From positions 199,764,001 to 199,828,000 of the forward strand of contig OX597814.1 in assembly GCA_951406725.2 (NCBI GenBank): 64,000 nucleotides of DNA, written 5' to 3'. Below the pieces are notes generated by a model, which worked only from the letters and a program-made list of their open reading frames with translations, searched no databases and was not told where the DNA came from. The first letter of the stretch is position 1. Each line of letters begins with the position of its first letter. Of the stretch, positions 11,178 to 23,901 are shown piece after piece. Made by a program: the position numbers and the translations under genes. Origin of the DNA: Octopus vulgaris. Lineage: Eukaryota.

Positions 11178-11527
11178 TTCAGTCCAAATGCGTGGCACCT
11201 TGGGCAAGTGTCTTCTGCTATAGCCTCGGGCTGACCAAAGCCTTGTGAGTGGATTTGGTAGACGGAAACTTGAAGAAGCCCGTCGTATATATGTATATAT
11301 ATATGTGTGTATGTGTGTGTATATGTTTGTGTGTCTGCGTTTGTCTCCCCAACATTGCTTGACAACCGATGCTGGTGTCTTTACGCTCCCGTAACTTAGC
11401 GGTTCGGCAAAAGAAACCGATAGAATAAGTACTTGGCTTACAAAGAATAATACCTGGGGTCGATTTGCTCAACTAAAGGCAGTACTCCAGCATGGCCACA
11501 GTCACATGACTGAAACAAGTAAAAGAG
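11178..11527 (+). mobile_element. SINE family A, 5'-truncated
   Basis: Colinear with 10535-10890. Confidence 0.9.
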
Positions 11528-12500
11528 TTCTGTGTAAAGCATGTAATATGCTCACTCTGCAAAGTGAAGAATCTATTGATTTGACTATTTATAGCCAGTG
11601 CCTAGATTTGCTTGTACCTACATACATACACACACACACACACCTGGATAGGTTGACTAAGCCATAGCATTTCCCTTTCAGCTATAGTATATAAAGTGAT
11701 CTGGATGACATGGCCATAGGAATCTGGTATTAATACATTTGTATTTAGGATAATAAAGATATCGATTCTTTCAAATGCACAACACTCATTTTTGAAAGAG
11801 GGTTACAGTAGGTGGCATGTTATTTAAGATCAAGTATAATTTTCCTATCTCATGAAGATAGGTGTATGAATTCTTTCAAAATAAGGAGACTACTGCTCAG
11901 GTTTACAACATTCTTATCAGAGGTTTTTTTGCCAGTGGTCAGAAATCTTCAATGCTAATGCTCCGCTAACCATAAAAGCTAATGGATAGATGGACTACGA
12001 TAGCTTCAATGGAAATTTACGGCATTACTGCAAGTTAAAGAGCACCTTGTCATTTAAAGTAGTTGGTATTATACTTAACAAACCATTTTCTCCTTGTGTT
12101 TAATTTTAGTTAGATATATTCCAACTGGAATATTTTGGAGTGTTCGCCAAGAACAGTCTACTATGACAATGGGAAAATACAAACTCTTAACTGTTTGATA
12201 TAAAAGCTGACATTTACAACCTTGGCCATTCTTCCAGCTTACGGGTATTGGTCAACTGATGGCTATTGATTTTATTGAGAATGATGAAGAGCAGAGTTGA
12301 GATTTGACAAAAAAAAATGGGACCACGAACATAAGATATCTTAAAGCATCTTTTGTTATGTTCCTGCTTTTATCTTCTTTCTTTCACTTGTTTTACTCAT
12401 TGGAATGTGACCATGCTAGGGCAGTGCCTTAAAGAATCTTTAGTTGAATGTATCAACCCAAGTACTTATTTAATTCTTTAAGTGTAGTACTTATTCTGTT

Positions 12501-12818
12501 GTGAAGGCGCAATGGCCAAGTGGTTAGGGCAGCAGACTCGCGGTCGGAGGATTGCGGTTTCAATACCCAGACCGGGCGTTGTGTGTGTTTATTGAGCGAA
12601 AACACCTAAAGCTCCACGAGGCTCCGGCAGGGGGTGGTAGTGACCCCTGTTGTACTCTTTCGTCCCAACTTTCTCTCACTCTTTCTTCCTGTTTCTTGAG
12701 TAATGCTGCGATGGACTTATGTCCCGTCCAGCTGGGGAGAACACATATGCTATATAAACTGGGAAACCGGGCCCATGAACCTGGCTAGGCTTGAAAAGGG
12801 TGCATGAATAAAAAAATA
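12501..12818 (+). mobile_element. SINE family C (V-like tail) nested in an older minus-strand family A copy
   Basis: TSD actta(t/c)tctgttg 12489-12501 / 12819-12831. Confidence 0.85.
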
Positions 12819-12929
12819 ACTTACTCTGTTGGTCTCGTTCACTAAACTACTAAGTCACAGGGATGTAAACACACCGATATTGGTTGTCAAGTGGTGGTGT
12901 GGGGAACAAACAGACACAAGGACGCACAG

Positions 12930-13081
12930 AAGAGGCTGTGTGGTAAGAAGCTTGCTTCCCAACCACATGGTTCCGGGTTCAGTCACACTGTGTGTTACCT
13001 TGGGCAAGTGCCTTCTATAGCCTCAGGCCAACCAAAGCCTTGTGAGTGGATTTGGTAGACAGAAACTGAAAGAAGCCCATC

Positions 13082-13151
<70 letters not shown>

Positions 13152-13352
13152 ATTTACATGTCTGTGTTTGTTTTCCCACCATTGCATGACATCGATGTTG
13201 GTGTGTTTACATCCCTGTAGCTTAGCAGTTTGGTAAAAGAGACCGATAGACTAAGTACTAGGCTTAGAAAGAATAAGTCCTGAGGTTTATTTGTTTGGCT
13301 AAGGATGGTACTCCAGCATGGCCACTGTTAAATGACTGAAACAAGTAAAAGA
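12930..13352 (+). mobile_element. SINE family A
   Basis: Head, (TA)n and tail present. Confidence 0.85.
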
Positions 13353-13480
13353 ATATATATATATATATATATATATGTGTATATATATATCTAATGTAGG
13401 ATAAAATTTTTTTTCAAAAAAAAAAAGTTTATCAATGGCCAGCATATTAAAAAATACCCTTAAAGGTTAAATTTATAAAC

Positions 13481-13818
13481 AATTCATAAATAAGGGCAAA
13501 CGAAAAAATTTCTAATGCCAAATATGCCGAAAAATTGGACATATTGTCCGTTAACCATATAATTTTTTCACAATACACACGCTACTCGAAAAAAGGTCGA
13601 CAGAAATTTCTAAATTTCATCACTGACGAAGGGAGGGCTGTTATTAGCTAACCCTGAAATCGGTCCGATATGGTAATAATGGAATTTTTAGAAATTTCTG
13701 CCGACCTTTTTCGAGTAGCGTGCGTATTGTGAAAAAATTATATGGTTAATGGACAATAAGTCCAATTTTTCGGCATATCTGGCATTAGAAATTTTTCGTT
13801 TGCCCTTATTTATGAATT
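13481..13818. repeat. Fold-back (arms about 140 bp) between (TA)n tracts; PLE inverted pLTR-like
   Basis: aattcataaataagggcaaacg... / ...cgtttgcccttatttatgaatt. Confidence 0.9.
13619..13674 (+). ncRNA. Type I hammerhead ribozyme in the fold-back loop
   Basis: ATCA-CTGACGA-AGGG..CCCT-GAAA-TCGG-T-CCGA-TA-TGGT; core intact. Confidence 0.8.
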
Positions 13819-13821
13819 ATG

Positions 13822-13865
<44 letters not shown>

Positions 13866-14074
13866 CATACATACATACAATGCGCTTCCTTCAGTTTTCC
13901 TCAACTAAATCCATTCACAGGCTTTGATTGTCCTGAGACTACAGTTGAAGACTCTTGTCTAAGGTACACTGAAGTGGGACTGAAACTAGGATCATATAGT
14001 TGGGAAGTAAACTTCATACCTTACAGCCACATCTGCACGTGTCTGCAAAAAAAAAAAGCTTTTCTACATTTACA

Positions 14075-14225
14075 TTATTAACATTTGATGGATATTTCTT
14101 CTCATCTTGTTTGTTGTTTATACAACGTTTCGGCTGATATACCCTCCAGTCGTCATCAGGTGTCTTGGGGAAATTTCAAACGTGGGTTCTCATTCCTAAG
14201 GTATTTTTCGATGTTGCTGTTGTTG

Positions 14226-14265
<40 letters not shown>

Positions 14266-14508
14266 CATTATTATTACTACTACTACTAATATAGAAAGGA
14301 TTGAGGTAACTCCTCCTGAAGATATAGAGTCAAAATTAAAAGAAGAGTGCCATTGTTATCTAAAGAAACGATATTTCGACATCTTGTGTGTCTTCAACTG
14401 GTTCAAAAAATATTGACAAAATTATTTTTTGAACCAGTTGAAAGACATACAAGATGTTGAAATATTGTTCACTAGATAACAATAGCACTCTTCTTTTAAT
14501 TTTGACTC

Positions 14509-14555
<47 letters not shown>

Positions 14556-14622
14556 TCACTGCCTGGAATCGAACACGGAATGTTGGGGTTAGTAGCCCAT
14601 GCTCTTACCCACTACACCATGA
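14075..14622 (-). mobile_element. tRNA-headed SINE-like element with (AAT)n linker and hammerhead-bearing tail; interrupted by a fold-back
   Basis: A box TGGTGTAGTGG 14609-14619, B box GTTCGATTCC 14565-14574; tail acac-CTGATGA-c-gactgg..tcagcc-GAAA-cg-TT-gtat 14120-14164. Confidence 0.65.
14324..14511. repeat. Fold-back (arms about 88 bp) with a hammerhead-like variant in each arm
   Basis: atagagtcaaaattaaaagaagagtgc... / ...gcactcttcttttaattttgactctat. Confidence 0.9.
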
Positions 14623-15165
14623 TTTCTTAAATTAGACTTAAGAATTCAGTATTCTGAAAGAGGTGTAAAACGGGGGATTGTAATATTTGTGCATTTTTCA
14701 AGGGACATTAGCGGTTAGTGAAGTATTTGTAACCAACAATCAAAACCAAGCAACAAACACCTTCATTAAGGATTTTACTCTGGTGCTAGAACCCAACATG
14801 ATAATAGTAATTATGGTTCCTTTCCTTGGCACCGGGTAATTTAATAAAGAATGGCTGTATAGTTGAGTGAACAGATTCTCGAGCTATTTAGGATAATTTA
14901 TTTTTAACTTACAAAGATAAGATGTAATGCAAATGCCATCCAGATTAGAAGCATATTTAGTCACTTTCAAACAAAAGACTGAAGAATGACTTTGCATAAT
15001 CCTCAAAGTTCTTAAGAATATTAATGGAATGAATTAAGAAAATTGGTTTTAACTGGAAATGAATCAAAACCAGGTCACAGACCTTCTTCATTAAGATTTC
15101 AGTGTTAATAATAATAAGAAGAATGTGAAAGAATTGCTGCAATTTTCTTACACTAAAATCTGCAT

Positions 15166-15985
15166 AGGCGTAGGAGTGGCTGTGTAGTAAGTAGCCTGCT
15201 TACCAACCACTTGGTTCTGGGTTCAGTCCCACACCATGGCACCTTGAGCAAATGTCTTCTACTATAGCCTCAGGCCGACCAAAGCCTTGTGAGTGGATTT
15301 AGTAGACGGAAACTGAAAGAAGCCTATCATATATATGTGTGTGTATATATATATATATGCGTGTGTGTATGTTTATGTCTGTGTTTTATCCCCCCAGCAT
15401 CGCTTGACAATCAATGCTGGTGTGTTTACATCCCTGTAACTTAGTAGTTCAGCAAAAGAGAATGATAGAATAAGTACTAGGCTTGCAAAGAATAAGTCCT
15501 GGGGTCGATTTGCTCGACTAAAGGCGGTGCTCCAGCATGGCCGCAGTCAAATGACTGAAACAAGTAAAAGAGTAAAAGAGAATTTAGATTTAGTTCATCA
15601 GTCGGTGTGGCTGAGTGGTAAAAAATCAGCTTTCCATGGTCCAGGGTTCAGTCCCACTGCATGGCACTTTGGGTAAGTGTCTTCTACTATAGTCTCAGGC
15701 CAACCAAAACCTTGTGAGTGGATTTGGTAGATGAAAACTGAAAGAAACCTTTTGGGTATATATAAGTATGTGTGTTTCTTTGTGCCTGTGTTTGTCCCCC
15801 ACCACTGCTTGGCAACCAGTGTTAGTTTATTTACATCCCTGTAACTTAGCAGTTCAGCAAAAGAGAAAATAGAATAAGGATCAGGCTTCAAAGTAAGTCC
15901 TGGGTAAATTCACTTACCTAAGATTCTTCGAGGTGGTGCCCCAGAATGGTGACAATCTAATAAAAAGTGAAACAAGTAAAAGAAA
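15166..15985 (+). mobile_element. Two tandem SINE family A copies (15166-15580 young, 15600-15985 older)
   Basis: Colinear with the family A consensus seen in this window. Confidence 0.85.
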
Positions 15986-16810
15986 AGCATAAACCAAGAC
16001 ATTTTTAAAAGGATTAAAACTTACCCATTTTCTTATTTTGCCTTAGCACAATTCACCAACAAAATCGTCATCATTTAATATCTGCCTTCCATGCTGACAT
16101 GGGTTGGATGGTTTGACAGGAGCTGGTTTTGATATGATAGGATGGTTTAACAGATTCACTTTCCTTCAATTTGAAAATTTGAAATTCAATAAGAGCAGAA
16201 ATTTATAAAATGATTTATTTTCTTCACTCCCACTTGCTTAGGTAAAATTAAATTTTGTGACAGTTTCTTCAGGTTAAGAAATTAATATTCATTTTCCTCC
16301 AACAGATTACTCAGGTAATTTAATAAACAGGTAGTTGCTAATGTGAACAAAACTCAATTCTAAAAACAATATTCAGACCAAGTTCTCTTTTATTGGCTGC
16401 TATTTCAAATGGCAATGACAAATATTATATATTATATGAGAGCAAAATTCAATTTCGCATGTTAGGCCTAATATTCTATCTGCCCTTTGGACATAATTTT
16501 GTACTTTGAAGTTTACCCTGTTTTTAATTAGTTTGAAACTTTTTAGTGATGTTACGTCAGCTGATTCAGACATTTCAACTGAGATTTTGTTAGCTTAAAC
16601 TACCTGCAGCCTTTGTGTGGTTTCATCGGCCTGCAAGAAACAGTAACCGAATTTCACTCAAATTACACTCTACAGCAGAGGTTCTCAATGTGAACAGTAC
16701 TGCTACCTAGGGGACTATCACTGGACATGTCAAGTGGAGTGTTAGGCTTTAGTGGGCAGTGAGGTAACATAATTAATATACTAAATTTTACTTATAGTAG
16801 TAATTATATT

Positions 16811-17185
16811 CATCATCATCATCATAATCATCATCGTTTAACGTCCATTTCCATGCTAGCATGGGTTGGATGGTTCAACCTGGGTTTGGGAAGCCAGGAG
16901 GCTGCACCAGGCTCCAGTCTGATCTGGCAGTGTTTCTACATCTGGATGCCCTTCCTAACACCAACCACTCCGTGAGTGTAGTAGGTGCTTTTTACGTGCC
17001 ACCGGCACAGGTGCCAGGGGAGGCTGGCAATGGCCACGATCGGTTGGTGCTTTTTATGTGCCACCAGCATGGAGGCCAGTTGAGGCGGCACTGGCAACAG
17101 TCACATTCAGATGGATCTTTTTATGAGCCACCGGCACTGGTATCACAACTACAATTTCCATTGATTTTTTTGATCGATTTTGATT
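16811..17185 (-). mobile_element. RTE 3'-derived family E
   Basis: (CAT)n, cgtttaacgtcc, ggatgcccttcctaac, repeated ggtgctttttacgtgcc. Confidence 0.85.
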
Positions 17186-17667
17186 TTATTCAATATGATC
17201 ATATTCTATATGATAAAGCTAATATAGTCATTAAAATAAAATGAGATTTTATCAGAAACAGGGAAGTCACAGAGAAGACCCATCAAACCAAGTGAAATTG
17301 TAGTCATGGTTGGTACAAAAAGATGGGTAGCAGATGTCACTGGTTGCATCCCCAGTTTCAAACAGTGACATCACCACTTGTAGCTGAGCTACAAACAGGG
17401 ATGTCATCATTTCTCACCAAAGTTCAATGGAAACTGTAAACATTCACACAGACAGATTATATGTCCACCTTCCCCATATGTAAGATGGGATTACTTCAGT
17501 TTTCCTCTCTTGAATTCCCTCACAAGATATTGGCCAACCTGGAAGTAAAGTAGAAGACGCTTTCATACAGTGTCAAGAAGTGGAATTGAACCTGAAGCTA
17601 CTTATTTGAGAAGCAAACTTTTATTTTCTAAATACATGAATATTTCTTTAACCCAATTATATGGAAA

Positions 17668-18080
17668 TCATCATCATTTAGTAACCATTTTCCATGCTGG
17701 CATGGGTTGGACAGTTTGACTGGAACTAGTAAGTCAGAGAACTGTAACAAGCTCCGGTGTAAATGTTGGCTTGGTTTCTACAGCTGGATGTCCTTCCAAA
17801 TGCTAACCACTCCAAGAGTGTAGTGGGTGCTTTTTACATGTCATCATCACTGATGTCCCTTATGTGTCACCATCATGGGTTTCTTTCACGTGTCACTAGC
17901 ACTGTCCACAACTGTGTTTTCACTTGGCCTGACAAGTCTCCTCAAGCACAGCAAACCACCACCAATTTTTGTCATCATCTCCTTGTAACCCAAATCCAAA
18001 GATCATTCTTCACCACCTCATCCCATGTCTTCCTGGGTCTACCTCCACGGTTAGGGATTGGCACTTCTTTACGCAGCTGC
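17668..18080 (-). mobile_element. RTE-clade LINE 3' end: ORF C-terminus continuing into family E sequence
   Basis: Minus strand SCVKKCQSLTV..GRPRKTWDEVVKNDL..WFAVLEET, then the family E tail and (GAT)n. Confidence 0.75.
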
Positions 18081-18286
18081 CCTCGACCAAAATATGTGAA
18101 TGACTATTCTTCTGAAAAGGTCTAATAAGATTGGAATATGTCTGGAGTTGTCACCATGTCTGCTTAAGATCAGATTATCCTCCTTCTCATCATCACAATT
18201 AATATATACAAGCTTTAATTAATTGGAACTCTGGTACATAATTTCAATTTTTTTTTCATTTTAAATTGACAATATTTCATTCTCCT

Positions 18287-18518
18287 TGGTGGCAAACTGG
18301 CAGAATCGTTAGCATGCCAGGCGAAATGCTTAACCGTGTTTCCTCTGCCGTTACGTTCTGAGTTCAAATTCTGCCGAGGTCGACTTTACCTTTCATACTT
18401 TCATGGTTGATAAATTAAGTACCAGTTACGCACTGGGGTCGATGTAATCGACTTAATCCCTTTGTTTGTCCTTGTTTGTCCCCTCTATGTTTAGCCCCTT
18501 GTGGGCAATAAAGAAATA
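18287..18518 (+). mobile_element. SINE family B
   Basis: Full head, Meta-like body, tail ending aaagaaata. Confidence 0.9.
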
Positions 18519-19341
18519 AATATTTTATTCTCGTTAATACAGATAAAGTCGTGACTAATTTAAGTTATCATGGTCTATTAATTAAAGTTATTATGTCAGC
18601 ACTTACTCACCATTAACTGTCCTTTTAGAACATTATGTGAATTAATTTAGACCCCTTTCATTTATAATCCTATAATTCTAACGATCAAACAATGCTATAC
18701 GATGCTTAAATCATATTTGCAAAAATAATTGATTATAATATAAAGTCACTCTAAGTATTATAAACATTTTGATCATCACATTTTCAATACTTTTATCTAC
18801 TTATATCATATTCTGGTCAGCTCACAGTATGAACAAACGTTGGCATTTACTCAAAGCATTCACTAAGCTAATGCAGTCCTCACAATATCAAACATATTGT
18901 GCAGCTAATCTAAATTTGTTTTTTTTTTGTTTTCATAGCCAAATCATTCTGTTGTTTTTTTTTTTCTGCTATATTATCAACTAAAACCTCAGATATTGAT
19001 TTTATTAAAATATCAATGGATATAAATCTTTTTATTCTGGTTCGTTCAAAGGTTGAATAGATTAAATAAAAGTATTAAGTTAAGAGGAGTAATGTATTGC
19101 AACGTTTTCTAAACTAAATACTTCCTGGTATATGATTATCAGTGACATGGTAAAACAAAATATTATCAGCTCAGCATCGAGATTTCAAATTTTAGAACAA
19201 AAAGCGACAGTTTATAGACGCAAAGAGAGATGAAAGCAGTGAACTCTTATCATAGAGTCAAGGATATGGTGTTGCATTTCAAATATGATTTATTTCTATC
19301 ATGTGTAGATTTCTATATATCAAAATACTACTACTACTAGG

Positions 19342-19649
19342 TGTGGAGGCATATGGCCTAGTGGTTAGAGCTGTGGACTCGTGGTTGAGGGATCGCGGGT
19401 TCGAATCTCAGACCGAGCAATGTGTGTGTTCATGAGCGAAACCCCTAAGCTCCACGCGGTTCCGGCGGAAAGTAATGCCGAACTTCTGCTGACTCTTTCG
19501 CCACAACTTTCTCTCACTCTTTCCTCCTGCATCTTGCAGCTCATCTGTGATGGGCCAACGTCCTGTCCAGGTGGGGAACCTATATGCCAAGGAAACCGGG
19601 AAACCGGCCCTTATGAGCCAGGCATGGCTCGAGAAGGAACAAACAACAT
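19342..19649 (+). mobile_element. SINE family C variant
   Basis: TSD tactactaggtg 19332-19343 / 19650-19661; B box ggttcgaatct. Confidence 0.85.
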
Positions 19650-19657
19650 TACTACTA

Positions 19658-20380
19658 GGTGGTGGCAAGATGGCAGAAATGTTAGCATGTTGGGAAAAAT
19701 CTGTCTTTATGCTCTGAGTTCAAATTCCACTGAGGTCGACTTTGCCTTTCATCCTTTTGGAGGTCGATAAATTAAGTGGGTCAGTGTAATCCTTGTTTGC
19801 CCACTCTATTTTAGTCCCTTGTGGGCAATAAAGAACTAAGAAACATTAGCACGCTGGGCAAAATGCTTAGTGGTATCTCATCTGTCTTTATGCTCTGAGT
19901 TCAAATTCCACTGAGGTCGACTTTGCCTTTCGTCCTTTTGGGGTCGATAAATTAAGTACCAGTTACATCCTGGGGTCAATCAAATCAACTGCACCCCCCA
20001 CCAAAATTTTGGGCCTTGTGTCTAGAGTAGAAAGGAATATACTACTAGAGTGTTTGTGAAGGTGCATGGCTTAGTGGGTAGGGTTTTCAACTCATGATTG
20101 TAAGGTCATGAGTTCAATTCCTGGTGGTGCAGAGAGTCCTTGAGTAAGACACTTTATTTCACATTGCTCAGGTCCACTCAGCTAGCAGAAATGAGTTGTA
20201 TTTGCAATTTAAATGGCCAGCCATATCACATTCTCTGTCATGCTGAATCTCCCTGAGAACTACATAAAGGGTATGCAAATCTGTGGAGTACTCAGCTACT
20301 TATATGTTAATCTCATGAGTAGGCTGCTCCATTGTTCGGATCAGCTGGATCCCTCATCGTTGTAATTAATGAAGTGCCAG
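19658..20380 (+). mobile_element. Family B dimer (19658-20040) followed by CORE-type SINE family D (20057-20380)
   Basis: Two gaggtcgactttgcc bodies; then gtccttgagtaagacacttt..ccactcagct CORE-like segment. Confidence 0.8.
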
Positions 20381-20584
20381 AAAATACTAGAGTGTTACAC
20401 ATTGCATGAAGGGTAACTGTGGAACTTTTGCTGCCATGGCTATCTGGAAATATATGACAAGCATGCAATAATTATGGTTTAACTTTTAACTTTCTTGGAG
20501 CTTATATAAAATAATGGAATGAATATTCATTTTTCAAAAGAAAAATATTTATTACTCAGTCCTCCTTCTCCTCTTCCTCTTCCT

Positions 20585-20915
20585 CATCATCACCGTTTAA
20601 CGTCCGTTTTCCATGCTAGCATGGGTCGGATGGTTTGACCGGAGTCTCAGAAGCCAGGAGGCTGCACTAGGTTCTAGTCTGATCAGGCAGTGTTTCTACA
20701 GCTGGATGCCCTTCCTAACACCAACCACTCCGAGGGTGTAGTGGGTGCTTTTTATGTGCCACCGGCACAGGTGCTAGGGGAGGGGGAGCTGGCAGCGGCC
20801 CCGATCGGTTGCCACCAGCACAGAAGCCAGTCAAGGCAGCGTTGGCAACAGCCACATTCAGATTGTGCTTTTTATGTGCCACTGGCATGGGTATCACAAC
20901 TACAATTTCCATTTG
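20585..20915 (-). mobile_element. RTE 3'-derived family E
   Basis: Same motifs as 16811-17185. Confidence 0.85.
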
Positions 20916-22579
20916 ATATTTATACAATTCTTTCTCCTTTACCATATGTCTGTGTGTGTATGTGTATGGTTCTTTGCTCATTACCTGTCACCAAACCAAA
21001 TATGCACACTCATTCTGCATCTCTCGTCTCCCTATATTTCTCTTTTTGTCTCTCTCATCTGCTATCTCTCCATCAACCAACCAACATTTACATCAGCTAC
21101 TATTAAACACAGATACCTCATTATACTGACATAAGTAATATGATATTTAACCCCTTTGTGGTCATTTTTCTAATGAAATACACCATCTTCGGATTTTAAT
21201 TAACATTGAAAATTGAAAATTTAATTGATATTGAATATAGGCAAGAATTTAAGGAGATTTAGTAAAATAACTTATAGAATTATTTTCCTCTGGTATCTAG
21301 AACATAACAAAAGACTCTCAGATACAACCATGATGGGAGAATTTAATATAAATGCAAACACTTTAAAATGAGATGTTTTGTTTTGTAGAACCAGATGTAG
21401 TTTTCAATGGGTTGATAAAAATAGGGTTTGCATGTCATAAAAAAGATCTATATTTTCAAAACTTTCTGAATTTTTTCTACTCTAAATGTCCCTGCTGTTA
21501 ACCCCAATTTCCACAAAAGCACTTCAGCTATCATTTAAAATAAAGCCATTTTTTTCATTCAGCCACCTTTCTTGGCATAAGATTTATGAAAGCTCATGAG
21601 AGTAATAGAAGGATTATTTCATATCTATATATATCACTGTTCTGTTTCCCTTACCAGTGAAGGGTTCACCATATTTTTAGTTGTCGCAGATAATAATAAG
21701 AACTGTAAAACAAAAGGTAAGCTATCAGAAAGGTGAAGTTGTGACATGTATTTAATGCTCAGTTGATTTTTAATGTTTTTGAGACAGAAATGAGTACCAA
21801 AGACTTACTTAGAAAAGAACTTTCTACCTTATCAAAAGAAACCAATATATCATTTACCATGTTGTTATCAGTTGCTGATAAAATTACTTTTATTTTTTTC
21901 AACAAATTTTTTTATTTTATTCAAGTTTGCATCCCACAACCAACGAGATATTGAATTCTTCAGCTTTGAAGTTTCTGTTTGTAGCCAGAGAATCTTTAAA
22001 TAGATAGTTTTTTGTGTTAATGGATAACCAGAAATATAATTATAATGTTAACCACATTTCCTGAAACCTGCATGGAGTTTTCTCTGTATGATAGTTTCTC
22101 CTATCAACACTGGTTATTCAGTTTACCTCAAGGTACAAGAGAAATTGGCATTTAATGCTATTTTCAATTAGACTCTATCCATTCAGTAATAGGACAAATT
22201 TCAGAGATATGCATTCCTTTTTCAATAATTCTTCATTCCTCTACAGGTTTTGACACATGAGAAATTAGATTTTCTTTGAACAGTCCTTTGTGGATTCTAC
22301 ACGTTGCTCTTTCAGAAATTTGTTTATCTTTATACTGACAAAAGTTAGGATTAAAGTAACCACTCAAATTATTTCCAAATTGGACCCTGAAACCAGTGCA
22401 TCTTTGTAATATCAACTGTAGATTCCTAAAATTGTGTAGGTTGGAAAATTTGAATTTCTGTATTGTTTATAGGTTTAGGATTGGTGTAGAGCTAAAAAGA
22501 AAAAAAAAATTATCTGATATCATTTCTTTCCTGTTGACACTCAGAAATGCACAACCTCATTGCTTTTAAAATCTTATTA

Positions 22580-22980
22580 CTCTTTTACTCATTTACTTGT
22601 TTCAGTCATTTGACTGCAGCCATGCTGGAGCACCGTCTTTAGTCGAGCAAATCGACCTTGGGACTTATTCTTTGTAAGCCCAGTACTTATTCTATCGGTC
22701 CCTTTTGCCGAACCGCTAAGTGACGGGGACGTGAACACACCAGCATCGGTTGTCAAGCAATGCTAGGGGGACAAACACAGACACACACACACATACATAT
22801 ATATACATATATACGACAGGCTTCTTTCAGTTTCCGTCTACCAAATCCACTCACAAGGCATTGGTCGGCCCAGGGCTATAGCAGAAGACACTTGCCCAAG
22901 ATGCCACACAGTGGGACTGAACCCGGAACCATGTGGTTGGTTAGCAAGCTACTTACCACACAGCCACTCCTGCACCTCTT
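22580..22980 (-). mobile_element. SINE family A, full length
   Basis: Reverse complement of 10535-10890. Confidence 0.9.
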
Positions 22981-23346
22981 ATGAGGCATTCCTTTTTCAA
23001 AAGGTACATCTGAAGCTTCAGGCTGGGAAGCAGCATTAAAACTTGAACCAACAGACTTAAGTCATATTCTGAACGCCTTACTTCCCTGGACATGGATACA
23101 TTGAAACTCCGACGTCTGGCAGCTGACTTGGCAGATACCCATAAAATTATTAGCCATCCAAAAGTATGAAAGGCAAAGTTGACTTCAGCAGAATTTGAAC
23201 TTAGAATGTAGTGGCAGACAAAATACTGCTATGCATTTTGCCAACCATGCTAATGATTCTGTCAGCTCAGCTTCTTATAGAAGGTAGTAATTAATAATAA
23301 CACAAAAATAGTTATAACTCTAACTTTTAATGACTAATTAATTAAA

Positions 23347-23900
23347 CCCCTATCTTGCCCAGGATATTAATCATCTGGAAGCCGTTCAGTGACTTGCAAC
23401 CAAGAGAATACCCTCCATCAGGCATTTGCCATATTCTGAACGCCTTACTTCCCTGGACATGGATACATTGAAACTCCGATGTCTGGCAGCTAACTTGGCA
23501 GACACCCATAAAATTATTAACCATCTTACAAACAATAACTCTGAGCACCTTTTCAAACTCCACCTGTCTAACACCCGTGGACATGTTTACAAAGTCAGAA
23601 AACAGCACAGCTCCCATGACTTTTGGAAACAATTTTTAATGCTAAGAGTTGCTGAAGCATGGAACAAACTGCCGGCATCAGTTGTTAGTTGTTGGAGCAC
23701 CGCATCCTTCAAAACTTCCATGCTTCCTGAGATTCGCCAACACTACACCTGATTTTCTCCCCTCCATACACACACAAGCATGTATCTGACTCATACACTG
23801 TTCACTTCCCAGACATTTGTACATTACTGCATATACTTTATACACAATTTTGACAAGTTGTGGTGCTCCTGAACACTGTATACAATAATTTCATTATTAT
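23347..23900 (+). mobile_element. CR1/L2-group LINE 3' fragment
   Basis: YSERL..L...L..R, TRGH..K, RVAEAWNKLPASVV..FK C-terminal motifs; 3' UTR ending tacaataatttcattattat. Confidence 0.85.
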
Positions 23901-23901
23901 T

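Noticed and set aside
21147-21430. piggyBac-like MITE beginning TTAACCC
   Set aside because: Right terminus is degenerate and there is no matching TTAA
22233-22430. Minus-strand ORF with an upstream acceptor-like site
   Set aside because: No donor, no recognisable domain, and the strand conflicts with the better exon candidate
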